From positions 10,790,001 through 10,854,000 of the forward strand of contig NC_045698.1 of assembly GCF_009834535.1 (NCBI RefSeq): a stretch of DNA of 64,000 bases, in the 5' to 3' direction. A model generated the notes under the pieces. The model saw only the letters and a list, made by a program, of their open reading frames with translations, was not told the DNA's origin and did no database searches. Made by a program: the position numbers and the translations under genes. The stretch is from Camelus ferus (lineage: Eukaryota). Below are positions 24,681-38,500 of this stretch, piece by piece (the first letter of the stretch is position 1; each line of letters starts with the position of its first letter).

Positions 24681-24934
24681 TGGGCAGAGCTGCCTTTCTT
24701 CACTCCCCAGGACCCCACCTCCATCAAATTACTGCCCAAGCACGGCTGACGGAACTCTATTTATAGTCTTTTATCTAATTTTGTGGCCACTTTCCACTTT
24801 GAAAGTTAAAGGTGCTGCACAACTGGGGTAAAAAGATGAAGAAATGTACAAACTATTATAATAATAGTAATAATACTAATAATCAATAATTTATTGAACA
24901 CTAACATGATAGGCTGTAGTAAGTGCTATGTTTT

Positions 24935-25245
24935 GTTTTAATTTTTTTAAATTGAAATGTAGTCAGTTATAATGTGTCAATCTCTGGTGTACAGCATAAT
25001 GTCCCAGTCATGCATATACATACATATTATTCATTTCCACATTCTTTTTCATTAAAGGTTATAACAAGATACTGAATTTGGTTCCCTGTGCTGCACAGAA
25101 GAAATTTGTTTTTTATCTATTTTTCTATATAGTAGCTAATATTTACAAATCTCAAACTCTCAAATGTATCCCTTTCCACCCCCTCTCCCCCCATAAGATT
25201 GTTTACTGTGTCTGCAAGTCTGTTTCTGTTTTGTAGATGAGTTTA
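24935..25245 (-). mobile_element. L1 3' UTR fragment inserted in a MIR
   Basis: aaattgaaatgtagtcagttataatgtgtcaa; minus-strand MIR pieces at ~24855-24930 and ~25250-25380. Confidence 0.88.
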
Positions 25246-25539
25246 TTTTTATAATCCTTTTAGTCAATCCTCACAAGACCAGTGAGGTAGATTTTATTCT
25301 TACTTTCCCATTTTGCAGGTGAGGAAACAGACAGAGCGCTCAAGTAACTGGCCTTGGTTACATACCTGGTATTTAGAGGCTTTAGGTATTTCCTTGTCTC
25401 ACTGACATTAAATTTTCAGGGGTTTTCATGTTGGTACCATCAGAAGCATCTCTGCTATGATACTATGAGTAGGTGGAGCTCAGAATTTTTCCCAAACTGA
25501 GAAAGAACCAACAGCGAGGGAACCAGTGGGGCATACTGA

Positions 25540-25780
25540 TTGAGAATGGGTGCTGCAGGGTCAGACTAGAGCTGGGTTCAAGGCACAAGCCAGCCAATTA
25601 TTCCTCCTGTGTCCCTGGGCAAATTATGGTTCCACTCAGAACCTCGGTTTCCTCTTCTACGAAATGGAGATAATACTATCCTACTCATGGAGGAGGTGGC
25701 AGTGTTGGGTGAGATATGTATGCATAGATTCTGGCTCATATTGAATGAATATTGAAGGGTTATGACTAGATTACTATTAA
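25540..25780 (+). mobile_element. MIR SINE
   Basis: gtcagactagagctgggttcaa...aacctcggtttcctcttctacgaaatggagataata. Confidence 0.75.
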
Positions 25781-26877
25781 AATAATTTTTTTTAGATTTT
25801 GTGGATTTCTATTTTAATTTCTTTGAATGCTGAAGTCATCCAATGATTAGAGTTTTCTGCTTCCCTCCCAAGTTATCAAAAGATTCATTTTGTGGATGGA
25901 AAATAATGAGTTAAGAAGCCTATGTCTTAAGGTTCAATAGCAAATCTGGGGTAGAATGGAAAGTAGTGTAAACTCGTTTCTAATTTGTCACATATTGTGG
26001 AAGAAAGGAGTGGCTGGTTCACAGTATATTGTGTTGCCGCCATTGGCAAGCTTGCTCACATGAGGCATCCAGAGAAGTTTCAGATGGTGGCCAATGGCTC
26101 TTCCTGTCTGGAGGGCGGCTGTGGATGGTGGAGGTTTGAGAGTAGCCCCTCTCCCCCCCCAAGGATGCACCTCTGGTCCTTGCAGAGGGCACCTGGCTTT
26201 CATTTTCAATTCTCAGGGCTCTGGGGGTCCCCATAGGTAACAGAAATCTCTCTCAGGGCTCTTTCTTCTCTGTGACTTGTCCCTGCTCGTTCAGCACAGT
26301 CTGGGGTTGCTGCTGGAGGGGCTGAGGATGGGAAAGGTGAAGAATTTTGATTAGAGGATAGAGGACCGTGTAATGGGAGGGAGTTGGACTCACAGTGGCT
26401 TATGTGAAAGAAAATCAGATTCTCCCACTGCCCAGGGTCAGCTCGGAGAGCCCAACTCCTTTCTCCTTTGCTTGGCATGACTGCAACCCTGTTCCTGTTT
26501 CTATCATCCTGCTCTTCCTATAGCTCTGAGCTCCTGGAACATAGAGAGAGGCTTGGTTAATATCATACCACCCCTAACAAACTCTCTGCCCTGCAGTCGG
26601 AGCTGCCTTTTATAAACAAGTCTGATGATTTTACTTCCTTATCTCAAGCCACAGAGTGGCTTCCACTGCTCTTACCAAATAGTGTGAAATCTGCAGCCTA
26701 ACTTAGCAAGGCCATATGTGATCCAGCTCCTGCCCCTTCAGGCCTCCTGTTTACACTCCAGGTGCTTCATTTCCAGAATGTTCTAAGCTCCTTCAGACCC
26801 CAGGGCCTTTGTACATACTGTTGTCTCCACTAGGACCATCTTCACTGGACTCCCTCTTACTTATTTATCCATAGACT

Positions 26878-27052
26878 TGGGGTCCCAAACTTTGCCACCT
26901 GTTTGAATTGCTTAGGGAGTTGTAAAAAATTCTGATGCCCAGGCATCATCCCATACCAGTTTAATCAGAATCTCTGGAGGTGAGACCCATGGAAAAGGAT
27001 TTTTGAAAGCTCCCCACGTGATTTCAATGTGCAGCCAAGTTTGCGAACCAGT
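26878..27052. mobile_element. hAT-Charlie MITE (MER5A-like) within an L2 (~26580-27260)
   Basis: aatcagaatctctggagg...aaagctccccacgtgatttcaatgtgcagccaagtttgcgaacc. Confidence 0.8.
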
Positions 27053-27639
27053 TCTTAGATGAAGTACTTTCTCCACGTAGTTGCCTAATTTCTTAATTTT
27101 CCAGTTTAGTTTGCATCCTTCATTACGTGTTCTCATAGTTCTCTGCACATTTTGCATTTGTTGACTATGTCTCCCACCAGACTGTGTCTATTGTGTTCTC
27201 TATTCCTAGGGTGTGGCTCGGGGCTTGGCACGTAGGAGGACCGGATGAAACTGGAACGTGGATGTATTAGTGTTGCCACCACCAGCGGCTGGCACTCTCC
27301 AAAGGGTAAGAGGCTGCACTTTGACTTGGCTCAGGCACCTGCATCCATGTGTTGAGTCAATGAAACAGCTGCTGAGAAGAGGAGGGCGCCCTGCTGGGAA
27401 GTGCCCACAATTCCATTATCTGGGGAGAGTGTTTCCCTGCCTTTGGAAATGCTTCGATTTCTGGGTCACAGCAAGAACCAGAATTATCAGGGCTTATATC
27501 TGATCATTGGGCAGTCCTCCCACAAAGGATTTGCCTATTAACTTACTTATAATTAATTGTCTTCTGGAGTGAATATTTACCAAGAAAAACATTCTCAATA
27601 CTCAACAGTCAAAGGATATTTCCAATGACGGGTACTAAA

Positions 27640-28188
27640 TTTTTTTTTTTTTTGATTGAAGCACAATTGAGTTACAATTTTGTATTACTTTCAGGTGTAC
27701 AACATAGTGGTACAAAATTTTTATAGATTATACTCCACTTAAAGTTATTATAAAATATTGGCTATATCCTTTGTGCTGTACAATATATCCTTGTTTAGTG
27801 TATTTATTTTATACATAGTAGTTTGTACCTCTCACTCTCCTACCCCATCTTGCCCCTCCCCCTTTCCTCTCCCCACTAGTCACCACTAGTTTGTTCTCTA
27901 GATCTGTGAGTCTGTTTCTTTTTTGTTATATTCACTAGTTCAATAAATGATAACAGGTTATCTGTCTTTCTCTGTCTGAATTATCTTACTAAGCGTAATA
28001 CCCTCCAGGTCCCTCTATGTTGTTTCACATTGCAAAATTTCATTCTTTTTTTATGGCTGAGTAGTATCCATTTTGTATATATATACACACATGAAGTCTT
28101 CTTTATCCATTCATCTGCTAATGGACACTTAGGTTGCTTCTATACCTTGGCTATTATAAATAATGCAGCTAATGAACATTGGGGTGCA
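27640..28188 (-). mobile_element. 5'-truncated L1 3' end
   Basis: poly(T), L1 3' UTR, ORF2-end motif atggacacttaggttgcttc. Confidence 0.9.
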
Positions 28189-29530
28189 AACCATTTCTCA
28201 AATTGACCATGTATTTCTTGGTGAATATTCACTGGTATGGACTATGAACAAAAAATAAATTAATAGAGCAATATATTAGCATAAGAGCAGACTAACAGTA
28301 TCAATATAGCCATAGAATGTACTTCATGGAGAACAGAAATGAGTTTAGTTTATGGCCTCCAATACACTATATTGAGGGATAACCTAGATACGATGTCAGA
28401 AGGATAAAAAAATTAAAGACATGGTGTCCGTGTAAAATGCACTCTATAATCAAAGCACAGTGACAGGACAATCCTGACATCCATCTCAATGCTTTACTTT
28501 TTCTTTTTTGCATTCACTTCTACAGATTTGTTTCATTATATCACAAACAGGGAAAAATATCTTATTGAAAGGGAATGTAAGAAGATGCAACATCTAATGA
28601 ATGGAAATCTGAACTAGAATCTACCAATAGATTTTGCATCTAACTTTTTCTGCAGCTGTGGATGACTCATTTTAGTGTCTCAGTTTCTCCACCGTTAGAA
28701 TGAGAGTAATAAAATTTGCCGTTAATTAAAGTCTCTATTTTTTTTAACTGTTTGGGAAGTTGGGTCCAATGGAAAAATGAAATACTTGAGGATATGACTT
28801 AGCCTGTGCTAGGAATTTTATAGGCAGTTCACCAAGGATTTTTTTCCAAGTGATTTGCACGATATGCAAAATGTATTTTAAGCTGAATGCCTTGGACTGA
28901 AAGCCATGCACAATAACCTGTCCCAAAAGCAATTATCACATCAAGACACACCCGTTGGGATTCAACGTTCCTATTTAAAGTCTGTCCAGACATCACAGCC
29001 CACATGTATAATGGCTTTGGCAGAAGAGTGAGAGCCAGCATTGGCGGGAGCCTCGTTTAACTGAGCAGGAAATAGACGTTTTCCGAACCAAAGTTTTGAA
29101 AGTTGAGAAATACCTATTTTGTGAGCAGAATTTACGGCCTCATTCCTACGAGAAGAAGAAGTAAAAGCAAATGGACGACATTTAATTCCATAAAGAAGTC
29201 ACAGCTCTGGAGCCCATTTTCCAATGGGACCTGAGGGTGTTTGTGGAACAAATGAGCATCTAAAAATATTTCGATCTCTTTAGATCCCTGAGATTTCAAG
29301 TATAACATTCAATTCAGGCACTGATTTTTCAAGAGGTCTTTGCTTCCTCCTCTTGTTTTCTGGGTTAGAAGCTCCCTTGTGAATGCTGGTTACTGGGTTT
29401 CCATATTGTTTTGGAATTGTCCTTTTCGCCATTAGATTGTGAGTTATTGATGGATGACCATGGATACTGCTTATTCATCTTTGTTCCTGTTGTAATCAGC
29501 ACAATTTGAACAAGAATCAATCTTGTTCAA

Positions 29531-30650
29531 GAGTGGGACCTAATTAAACTTACAAGCCTTTGCACGGCAAAGGAAACCATAAGAAAAACAAAAAGACAAC
29601 CTATGCAATGGGAGAAAATATTTGCAAATGATGCAGCTAACAAAGGTTTAATTTCTATATAAACTGCTCATACAACTTAATAACAAAAACAACCAAACAG
29701 CCCAATCCAAAAATGGGCAGAAGACCTAAACAAGCAATTCTCTGATGAAGACATACAAATGGCCAATAGGCACGTGAAATAATGCTCAGTATCACTAACT
29801 GTCAGAGAAATGCAAACCAAAACTACAGTGAGGTATCACCTCACACGAGTCAGAATGGCCAGCATTAAAAAGTCCACAAACGATAAATGCTAGAGAGGGT
29901 GTAGTGAAGATGGAACCCTCCTGCACTGTAGGTGGGAATGTAGTTTGGTGCAGCTGTTAAGGAAAACAGTATGGAGGTTCTTTAAAGGACTAAAAACAGA
30001 CTTACCATATGATCCGGCAATCCCACTCCTGGGCATATATCTCGAGGGAACTCTAATTTGAAAAGATACACACACTCCAATGTTCATAGTAGCACTATAT
30101 ACAAGAGCTGAGACATGGAAACTGCCTAAATGTCCATCAACAGATGACTGGATGAAGAAGCGGTGGTATATTTATAAGATGCAATACTATTCGGCCATAA
30201 AAAAGAATAAAATAATTCCATTTGCAGCAACATGGATGGACCTGTAGATCATCATTCTAAGTGAAGTAAGCCAGGAAGAGAAAGAAAAAACCACATGATA
30301 GCACTCATACGTGGAATCAAAAAAAGAAAAAAGAAGACACTAATATACTCATCTACAACACAGAAACAGATCCACAGACATAGTAAACAAACTTATGGTT
30401 ACTGGGGCAAAGTGGGTGGGAAGGGATAGACTGGGAGTTTGAGATTTGCAAATATTAACTACTATGTATAAACTAGATAAACAACACATTTCTTCTGTAC
30501 AGCACAGGAAACTATATTCAATATCTTGTAGTAACCTATAATGAAAAAGAATACAGAAAGGAATATATGTATGTACATGTATGGCTGAAACATTAGGCTG
30601 TACACCAGAAATTGACACACTGTAAACTGACTATACCTCAATTAAAAAAG
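29531..30650 (+). mobile_element. 5'-truncated L1 (degenerate ORF2 C-terminus + 3' UTR)
   Basis: gtgggacctaattaaacttacaagc...caaaaatgggcagaagacc...gtaaactgactatacctcaattaaaaaag. Confidence 0.95.
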
Positions 30651-32822
30651 AAGAGAGATGATTGCTACCTCAATTGACAAAGGAATGAGCACTGTCGTCA
30701 CCATTACAGGCCTGGTACGGTATAGGTGGTGATACTTGGAATCCAAGCAAGAAAAGCTAGTCAAGGGCCACTCTTGTTTGTGCATGACTAAATTGCACCA
30801 GGATCTTGCGTCATCGGAGGGCTGAGTGTTTGGCGTGTCAGGAAGCGCTGTGGTTCCATTTGGCCAGTGGATTTTGGCAGTATTGGGTTCTTGTTGCCTG
30901 CTGCAGTGATGCAGGGAGGCAGGGAGGAGGGCGGAGGGAAGCCCCAAGTAATTTCTCAGTAATAAAAGCCTGTCTTCTTCAAAGGCTTCTCTTTCCTTAC
31001 CTCTCAGAGAAAATACTACCTTAACACATCATTCCCTAATTCACCTTCAAAGAGGAGAGAGACACAGAAAATTGCTTAACAGAGATGGCCAAGAGTTATG
31101 CTGGTTCAGTGTGATTCCAGAGGAAAAGCTGTCTTGGCTCAAGGCCCAAGTGGCCTTCAGTTTTTCTGTGCAAGATGCTCTTAGGAAATCTGAGAGTTAT
31201 GGGTGGAATGTTTAGACCAACCAGGCACGTCCGCAGGTGGGTAGGGGGAATCCCAGGTCAGAGCCAGGCGCTTGATGCGATAATCAGAGGTGGTTTGCTG
31301 AGGCCTGGAGGAAAGGTGCAGAATCCTGCAAAACCATGATGTGAATTTGAGAAAGGAGATCTAAGTTAAAATAAAAAAGCAGCAAAGATGACTTGGTTTT
31401 TTGAGCAAAGAAGTGTGATGTGTAATTCCACACCCCCTCCAGGAAAGCTCAAATTAGCTAAAAAAAAAAAAAAAAAAAAAAAAAAGAATGATTTACATTG
31501 CAATGATGCACAAAATTATTCCAGTCCTTAAAATACTGAGGTAAAGTTTTGTAAGAGAAGAGTGCCTTTATTTGAAACTGTTGTTCCCCCTAACTATACA
31601 GAAATAGGTGACTTTATATAATAATAGTGGAAATGCCCACTTGACAGCCAAGAAGAGACCCTTCAGCTCAGCCTTCTCTGTGGTGACTCAGCTCCCATGG
31701 CCTGGGACCCAAGGAACTCTCTGCCCCTGTCCACAGTTACTTTCCAAAACCCTGCAATGTTCACTGAAGGGATAAATAAAACCTAATATCAGCAGCTAAA
31801 CTATTTGCTCATAAAAAGATATCTATTGAGTAGAAGATTTAAAAAGCCTCCACTGAAATGTCCTTGTGGCAACAATAAAGAGTAATTTAATTTCTGTGCT
31901 CATATTGCAGCCTCCTTTTTATCAACTTTATTTTTTAGGTCCAGTTCTTCTCCCCAATCAAGCAGCGAAAAGTAGGACAAAACAGGACCTCAGCCAGCTT
32001 GCTTTATACATCTAAGATATGAACCTCCACTCAGAGTATGGGATTTCCTTACAGAAATGTATTGGGGCCACGGCAATAAAATATCTTAAAATTTTTTCGC
32101 TAATCTCTACTGTGTATCAGGCACCACCCTAAATATCTTGTGTTTCATTTGTTCTTCTTCCCCACAAGCCCTTGAGAGGTGTTGCAAATCTGGACACGTT
32201 ACAGACGTCCAGATACGGAAACTGGCTGAGAGAGAAATCTGCCCGGGACACGTGTCATGGTTTGTCGGTAGAGATGCTGAGATTTGAACGGAGGTCTGGT
32301 AGCCATCAAAGCTCGAGTTCGCACCCACTTCAGTATCGTGCCTTCCATCAGCGAAGCCCTACGTGGGGCCCAAAACATGTTTATAAGAGTCTGCACTCTA
32401 ATTTAGAAACCAAACCCAAATGCAAAACAATGCGTGCGTATGAGAACAAGCCGCGCGGTATCTCCGCTTCCCCACCGCCGATCTGCAAACCAGCTCCAAG
32501 CGAATTCCAAGCTACTTTAGGGGCCATGCTTTTTCTTCCCGGAATATTTACAAATAGAATCACTGGAGGCCTAAGGCATTCGAGGAATTTACATGTTTGT
32601 GCTTCTCATAAAGATGGGGAAGCATTGGATTTCCATGATGGACACGGATGGAGGGAGGTGGAAGGAAGATAAGGGCCGAGGAGGAGGGGGCAGGAGGAGT
32701 TTGAGGTGTCAAGGCCTGAGCTCCTTTCTTCCTTCCTAACTTGGAAAGTGAAATTAGGGAGATGGATTGATGGGCATGAGGTCCCCACGGAGCTCTTTTC
32801 AAAATGAGATGATTCCTAATTT

Positions 32823-33040
32823 AATTAGGAGTTTGGAATTCGCAGATACAAATGCCTATGTAGAAAATAAATAAACAGCAAAGTCCTACTGTGTAGCACA
32901 GGGAATTATAGTCATTATCTTGTAATAATCTATAACTAAAAAGAATATGAAAAAGGATACATATATATGTAGAACTGAGTCACTATGCTGTACACCAGAA
33001 ATTAACACATCAAAAATCAACTGTGCTTTGATTTTAAAAA
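32823..33040 (+). mobile_element. L1 3' UTR fragment
   Basis: aattaggagtttggaattcgcagatac...tgtgtagcacagggaa...aaatcaactg. Confidence 0.88.
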
Positions 33041-33274
33041 ATGACATTACTGAGTTCAACTGTGTTTTAAAATGTACTGCAAAGACAAGGCATGGCTTCT
33101 TTAAGAAGAGATTGTATGAAGTTTTGTCAGAACCAAAAAAGCTATTGGGCCATTAAAAATGCTCAGCATTGAAACAGCTCACCTGCTGTTACTTGAAAGC
33201 GCCACTGGGAAACAACGTGCACGTTAAGATTCCACTGTTGCAAAAGGCACACATATAGCAGGACTGATGCATGA

Positions 33275-33624
33275 ATATTCTTGTAACCAAGTGCCATAGA
33301 TGGAGCAGCTTCAACAGATTTGGAGGCTGGAAATCTGAGATCAAGGTGTCGATGGGGTTGGTTTTTCTTGAGGCCCCTGTTCTTGGCTTGTTAATGGCTG
33401 TCTTCTCCTTTGTTTTTACATGATCTCTCTGTGTGTGTCTGTGTCCAAAAACCCTCTCCTTGCAAGGACATCAGTCATATTGAATTGGGGTCCACCTTCA
33501 TAATTTCATTTTAACTTAATCACCCCTAGAAAGATCCTATCTCTGAATATAGTCACATTTTGAGAGACTGGAGGTTAGGGCTTCAACCGATGAATTTTGG
33601 AGAAGACCAAATTCAGCCCATAGC
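33275..33624 (-). mobile_element. MaLR solo LTR (MLT1B-like)
   Basis: tggaggctggaaatctgagatcaaggtgtc...aaggacatcagtcatattg...aattcagcccatagca. Confidence 0.85.
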
Positions 33625-33857
33625 AGGCATCCTGAGTGAGAAACATGGGTACCAATTCTCCCTTTGCCAGGATGATGGGCAGCACTGTCTGTGGGGCAGT
33701 GTCGTTCCGGGCAAGGAGAATTCAGTGCATCTCCCCCTCCGCTCTTGACTTTTCCAGTCCAGGAAACCTCACGTGTTGGTAAGCTGACTGGAAATCCAGT
33801 CAACTCTTGGTTCTCAGTTTTCCCAACCCAGTTATTACAATAAAATTTTGATGTGTA

Positions 33858-34030
33858 CTTCTACTGCATAGCACAGGGAACTATATCCAATTTCTTGTAA
33901 TAACGTATAACGGAAAAGAGTCTGAAAAGAAAAAATATATATAAGTATGTATATGTATATCTGAATCACTTTGCTGTACACCTGAAACTAACATTGAGTC
34001 AACTACACGTCAATAAATATATTTTTTTTA
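33858..34030 (+). mobile_element. L1 3' UTR fragment
   Basis: ctactgcatagcacagggaactatatccaa...tcaactacacgtcaataaa. Confidence 0.85.
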
Positions 34031-35404
34031 ATTTTAAAAAGTTTAAAAAACTTCTTTAAAGTCATTTTGAAGGTAAAAATTCAATACTTCATAAGCATTA
34101 AAAGCAGAGGAACAAAGGAAACTAAAAGCAGGGTGGGGTAAAAATGTAGACTCATAAATGAAGGTGTGTTCTCAAGCTACACTTCAGCAAATATTCTTCA
34201 AGGGCCTGCCGTGGCAGAGGGGCCAAGTGAGGCTCTTGAGACACAAAGAGGAAACAGAGAATTCCTGCCCTTGAGGCCCATGCGGGGAAGGACAGGGAAC
34301 AGAGCGTCCTCGTGCAGCGACGTGGGCTGTCAGAGGTTTGTCCCGGTACCATGGGAACATGAGCAGGAGCTGATGAAGCAGACCGGGACAGGTGGGCGGG
34401 AGGGCTCCAGGTGGAGGGCAGAGCACAGGTAGGGTGTGGAGGCAGGACAGGGCTTGCTGAGGAATGGGAAACATGATTGCTTTTGGCCTGGTTGGGGAAG
34501 TGAGGCTCAATGGGGAGGAGGTGATGGACAAAGTTGGAGACAGGAAGAAGAGGTGATTAGAGAGCCATGCAGGAATAGAATCAGGGGCTTGATGACTCTT
34601 GGAAAATGAGGAATGAGAGAAAGGGAGGAATCTAGAGTGTATTCAGTGACATGTGTCTAATGAGGGTTTATTAAACTCCCACCACGTGACCGACACCATG
34701 CCAGGCGTGGAGTACGTGACGGTGGGGAAGAGAAATCAGGTTCCTGCTCTCACTAAACTAAAGTCAGGCCAAGATGCAAAGCAACTAAACACACATTCAA
34801 AGTGAAGGGAGATGAACGTGATAAGGGTGGAATGTCTTCTAGATGTGTCTCTGGGTGTTTGCTAGTAATTTTTCCCAACCTAGTCAGAAAGCCCAGAAGA
34901 TAGAAAAGATAAGAGGTCTGGTTTTGGACGTGTTGAGTTTAAGGTGGAATATGCAGAATGTAACGCATTATTTCCTGGTGCCACTGGAGAATAGGAACGC
35001 TTCCCCAAAGGGAGGCGTCTTCACATACACGTGGTGAGCGTTACCTGGCAGTCCCTTCTCTAACCCCTGGTTTTGTAAAAGAGAGAATTTTCCGAGTTTA
35101 GTATGAAGTGAATGAAGCAGACAAAATTACTGGCATGTGTGGAGCCTACTTTCTACTAGAAAAATATAGTTTATAAGAAAAACATGAAGATAAGTAAAAA
35201 GCAACATAATGCATGGAGGAGGAATATGGCCTACGGTTGTAATTTTTATCAGGGTGGCGAGGGAAAGTCTTTCCTAAAAAAGGTGATTTTCAGAAAGAGC
35301 TAAAGGCATGTTTTGGAACAGACAAGAGGTGCCGGGAAGTGGCAGATGAGGAGAGGGTTTGGCCAGCGCCAGGAACCGAGGCCGATCGTCCACAGCGTCT
35401 GGGA

Positions 35405-36115
35405 AATGTGGCAACGGAGAACAGTATGGAGTTTCCTCCAAAAATGAAACACAGAGTGACTCTAGGATCCAGGAAGTGTACACCCCAAAGAGTGAAAATC
35501 AGCATCTCAAAGAGATAGCTGCACTCCCAGGCTCACTCACTGCAGCAATATTCACAGTAGCCGAGGGGTGGCAACAGCTTAGATGTCCACTGACAGATGA
35601 ACAGATAAAGAAAATGTGGTCTATACACACAGTGAAATATTCCTCAGGCTTAAAAAAAAAAAAAAAAAAAAAGGAAATCCTGCCACTGGAGACAACCTGG
35701 ATGTAACTGGAGGACACTGTCCTAGTGAAATTAACCAAGCACAGGACAAATGCTGCCTGATCCCACTTACATGAGGTATTGAAAACAGTCAGCTCAGTGC
35801 CTGAGTAGAAGGGTGGTTGCCGGGGCACAGTAGATGGGGAAAGTTGTTCAACAGGCATGAAGTTTCAGTTGTACAAGATGAGCAAGTTCTGGAGATCTGC
35901 TCTACAGCACGGATCCGATAGTTAACCATGCTGTACTGTGCACTTGGAAACTTGTCAAGAGGGTAGACCTCACTTTAAGTTCTTATCACAAAAAAAAAAA
36001 AAAAAAAAAAAGGCTGGGGGTGGGGAAGGGCAGGAGGAAACTTTGGAGGTGACACTGTTTATCACCTTGGGAATATGCATGCCTCCAAATTCATCAAAGT
36101 GTGTATATTGGAAAG
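35405..36115 (+). mobile_element. Older L1MA/L1MB-type 3' end
   Basis: AAIFTVAEGWQQLRCPLTDEQIKKMWSIHTVKYSS (ORF 35359-35706) is ORF2p-like; gttctggagatctgctctacagca 3' UTR. Confidence 0.85.
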
Positions 36116-36964
36116 GAGTCTTCTTAAAGGGAAGAAAAAAAAATACTGAGGAATTTTATACATCCCTAGTTTTTCCTTTGCGTGTGTTTTTGAGGAACAA
36201 TGTTGCCCTCTAGTGTTCAAGCTTGTTTCCTTTATTTCACGCTGGGAGGGGCGGCAAAGGGTTCAAATGTGACTGCATGACAAATTCACCTTGTTGTTTC
36301 AGTCCCCTGTGGCGTTTTTGGTTAAGGTTTTCAATTGAAACAAAGGTGAAAATACTACTCGTTCTTTTTTTTTTTTTGCTTACTAGAAATAGTGCATTAA
36401 TTAGAAGAACCCAGGCAGGCAAAGACCAGTTTGAAAAATGGCGTAAAGCTTGCATAGTACATAGCAGACCCTTGATTCAGAGTCCCGTGTCCTATGACAG
36501 TCAAACACAGTTTCCATTACTTCCAGGCATTTGTAAAATGCTCAGCGTTTCCATTAACATGATGTGACATTTATGCAATACACACACAAGGCAAAAGTTT
36601 ATACTCAGTATGTATAGTCTGGGTTTTTATTAAGACTATTCTTTCAAAACAAATTTCTTGAAATAAAATAATTTTTAGCCTTTTTTTCCCCTCAACTTCC
36701 TTCGAGTGTGACCAAATAAACTTCTAGTTTGAACCACAAGGATGCTGTCTTTTGGGAAATCAAAGTCAAGAGAATGGAGTAAGGATGGTAATATTACTCT
36801 CTATTTATAAATTGAGAAAAAGAGCGTATGAATTTTTAAAATGACAGCATACGGTTAGTGTTGGTCTGCAGTGCGTAGCTCCCCTCCCTTTTTCACATAT
36901 TTTCTCTGGAAGCTGTGCTCATCCCGGACCTCTCTGGCTTGTGAGAAATTGCGTAACACGAAAT

Positions 36965-37180
36965 TGACAGTGTGGGCAGTCAGACAAACCTGGGTGAGTC
37001 CTGGACTTGCTAGTTTTCCCTGAGATGTTGGGTAATAAATCTAACCTCTGAATCTCAATTACTGTAAAATGGGAGCGGTCGTCTACTTTATCTCTTAAGA
37101 GACATAAAAATTAAATGGGATAAAGTATGTGTAAGCATCTAGCACAGTGCCTAGCACAGTATATACATTAGCATTAACAA
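36965..37180 (+). mobile_element. MIR SINE
   Basis: gcagtcagacaaacctggg...taacctctgaatctca...tagcacagtgcctagcaca. Confidence 0.75.
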
Positions 37181-38276
37181 AGGAGATCACGATGTAAAAA
37201 AGCACGTCACAGATTCTTTGCAATAGTGAGTTTTGCTATCAAAAAAAAAAAAAAAAGGTACTCTGGACCCAAATAAGAATAGACTTTTGCCTTTGGAATT
37301 ATTTTCAGCAACGATGTGTCAGTATACAGTCCAAATCCCAAAGCAGAGTCCATAACCCAAACGGCAAAGCCCTCCAGCCATCTCGCAGGCAAAGCAGTCA
37401 TAATTTTTGTTTTCTGGACTGAGCAATTTACTCTTTCCTGTTCCATCCAAGATTGCCTTGAAACTACTACTATAAATTGTGAATCATTTATAAAATTCAG
37501 AGTGCACCCTTCCTCACGAGTGGAGCGCCTCTTCCCGTAAATGTTATTACTGAAAGGACTGCTTAGAAACTCCTTTTTCCTTTTAATTTCCAGTGAACCA
37601 GTTGTGTAGGATTACCTTCCTATCAAAGCTGGCCTCCTGTCTTGTCTATTTTTATTATTCGTGGTGGATTTTGGAACAAACTTTACATTAACTTAAATTT
37701 TCCTTTGAGTATAACCTTCAATCAATGTGAGACGGGAATCCAGGGTCCCAGCCTGATCTGATGTATTGGGCATCCCCTCTACCAAGCCCCATTCTTGAAA
37801 CTTACGAGAACTCCGGCATGGTGAGGGGTGAGGCGAGAGGCGTGAGGCTGGGAGTCACCCTTCCCAGCCGCCACCAACCTCAGAGCTCTGTACAGTTCAG
37901 GACTCTTTCAATTCAAAGTTGCAGGAGCTCGACTCAGATTTGTTTAAGCAGCAAAGAGAATGTATTAGTTTGCGAGACTCAAGAGTCTAGGGTAGATATC
38001 TGCGTTAGCCTTTCGGAGGGATGCCTCAGAAAATACGACCAGGACTTTATCTGGGGCTTGGCAGTTTGTTTTATGCATTACATGCATCATATGCATTATA
38101 TGAATACATAGTCAGAATTTTGTCTTCATTAATATGTTTCAAGATTCAGTCTCTGGGAGACCAGTGAATCTCCTGTTGGGTCCCTTCCAGCTTTGTGCGT
38201 GGACCCTTCATCTCCCTGAAATCCCTTGAACACGGATCACTGTCTGTGGGGGAGCTTTGCTTTCGAATGTTCTAGG

Positions 38277-38500
38277 CAAGCCTGGCTACGTTATCTGCTG
38301 GGCTTGGTGTGAAATAAAAATGCAGAACCTCCTTTTCAAAAAGCAGGAAAAAGTGCCACTAAAGTACTAAAATATAAACCTCTTCCTTTCTTCCGTGGTC
38401 TCTCTCCATCTTTCACGGTGTTTTTAATTCTCTATTTAATGTCATGCTCCTTTGGGCATGGGGATTCTGGCCAGGAGACGCTAGACTTTCAAAGGCACTG
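38277..38500. mobile_element. hAT-Tip100 MITE (MER45-like)
   Basis: caagcctggctacgttatctgctgggc...gaaataaaaatgcagaacctccttttcaaaaagc. Confidence 0.6.

Noticed and set aside
32172..32672. 166-aa ORF
   Set aside because: TTG start, begins in MIR-like sequence, no recognisable homology
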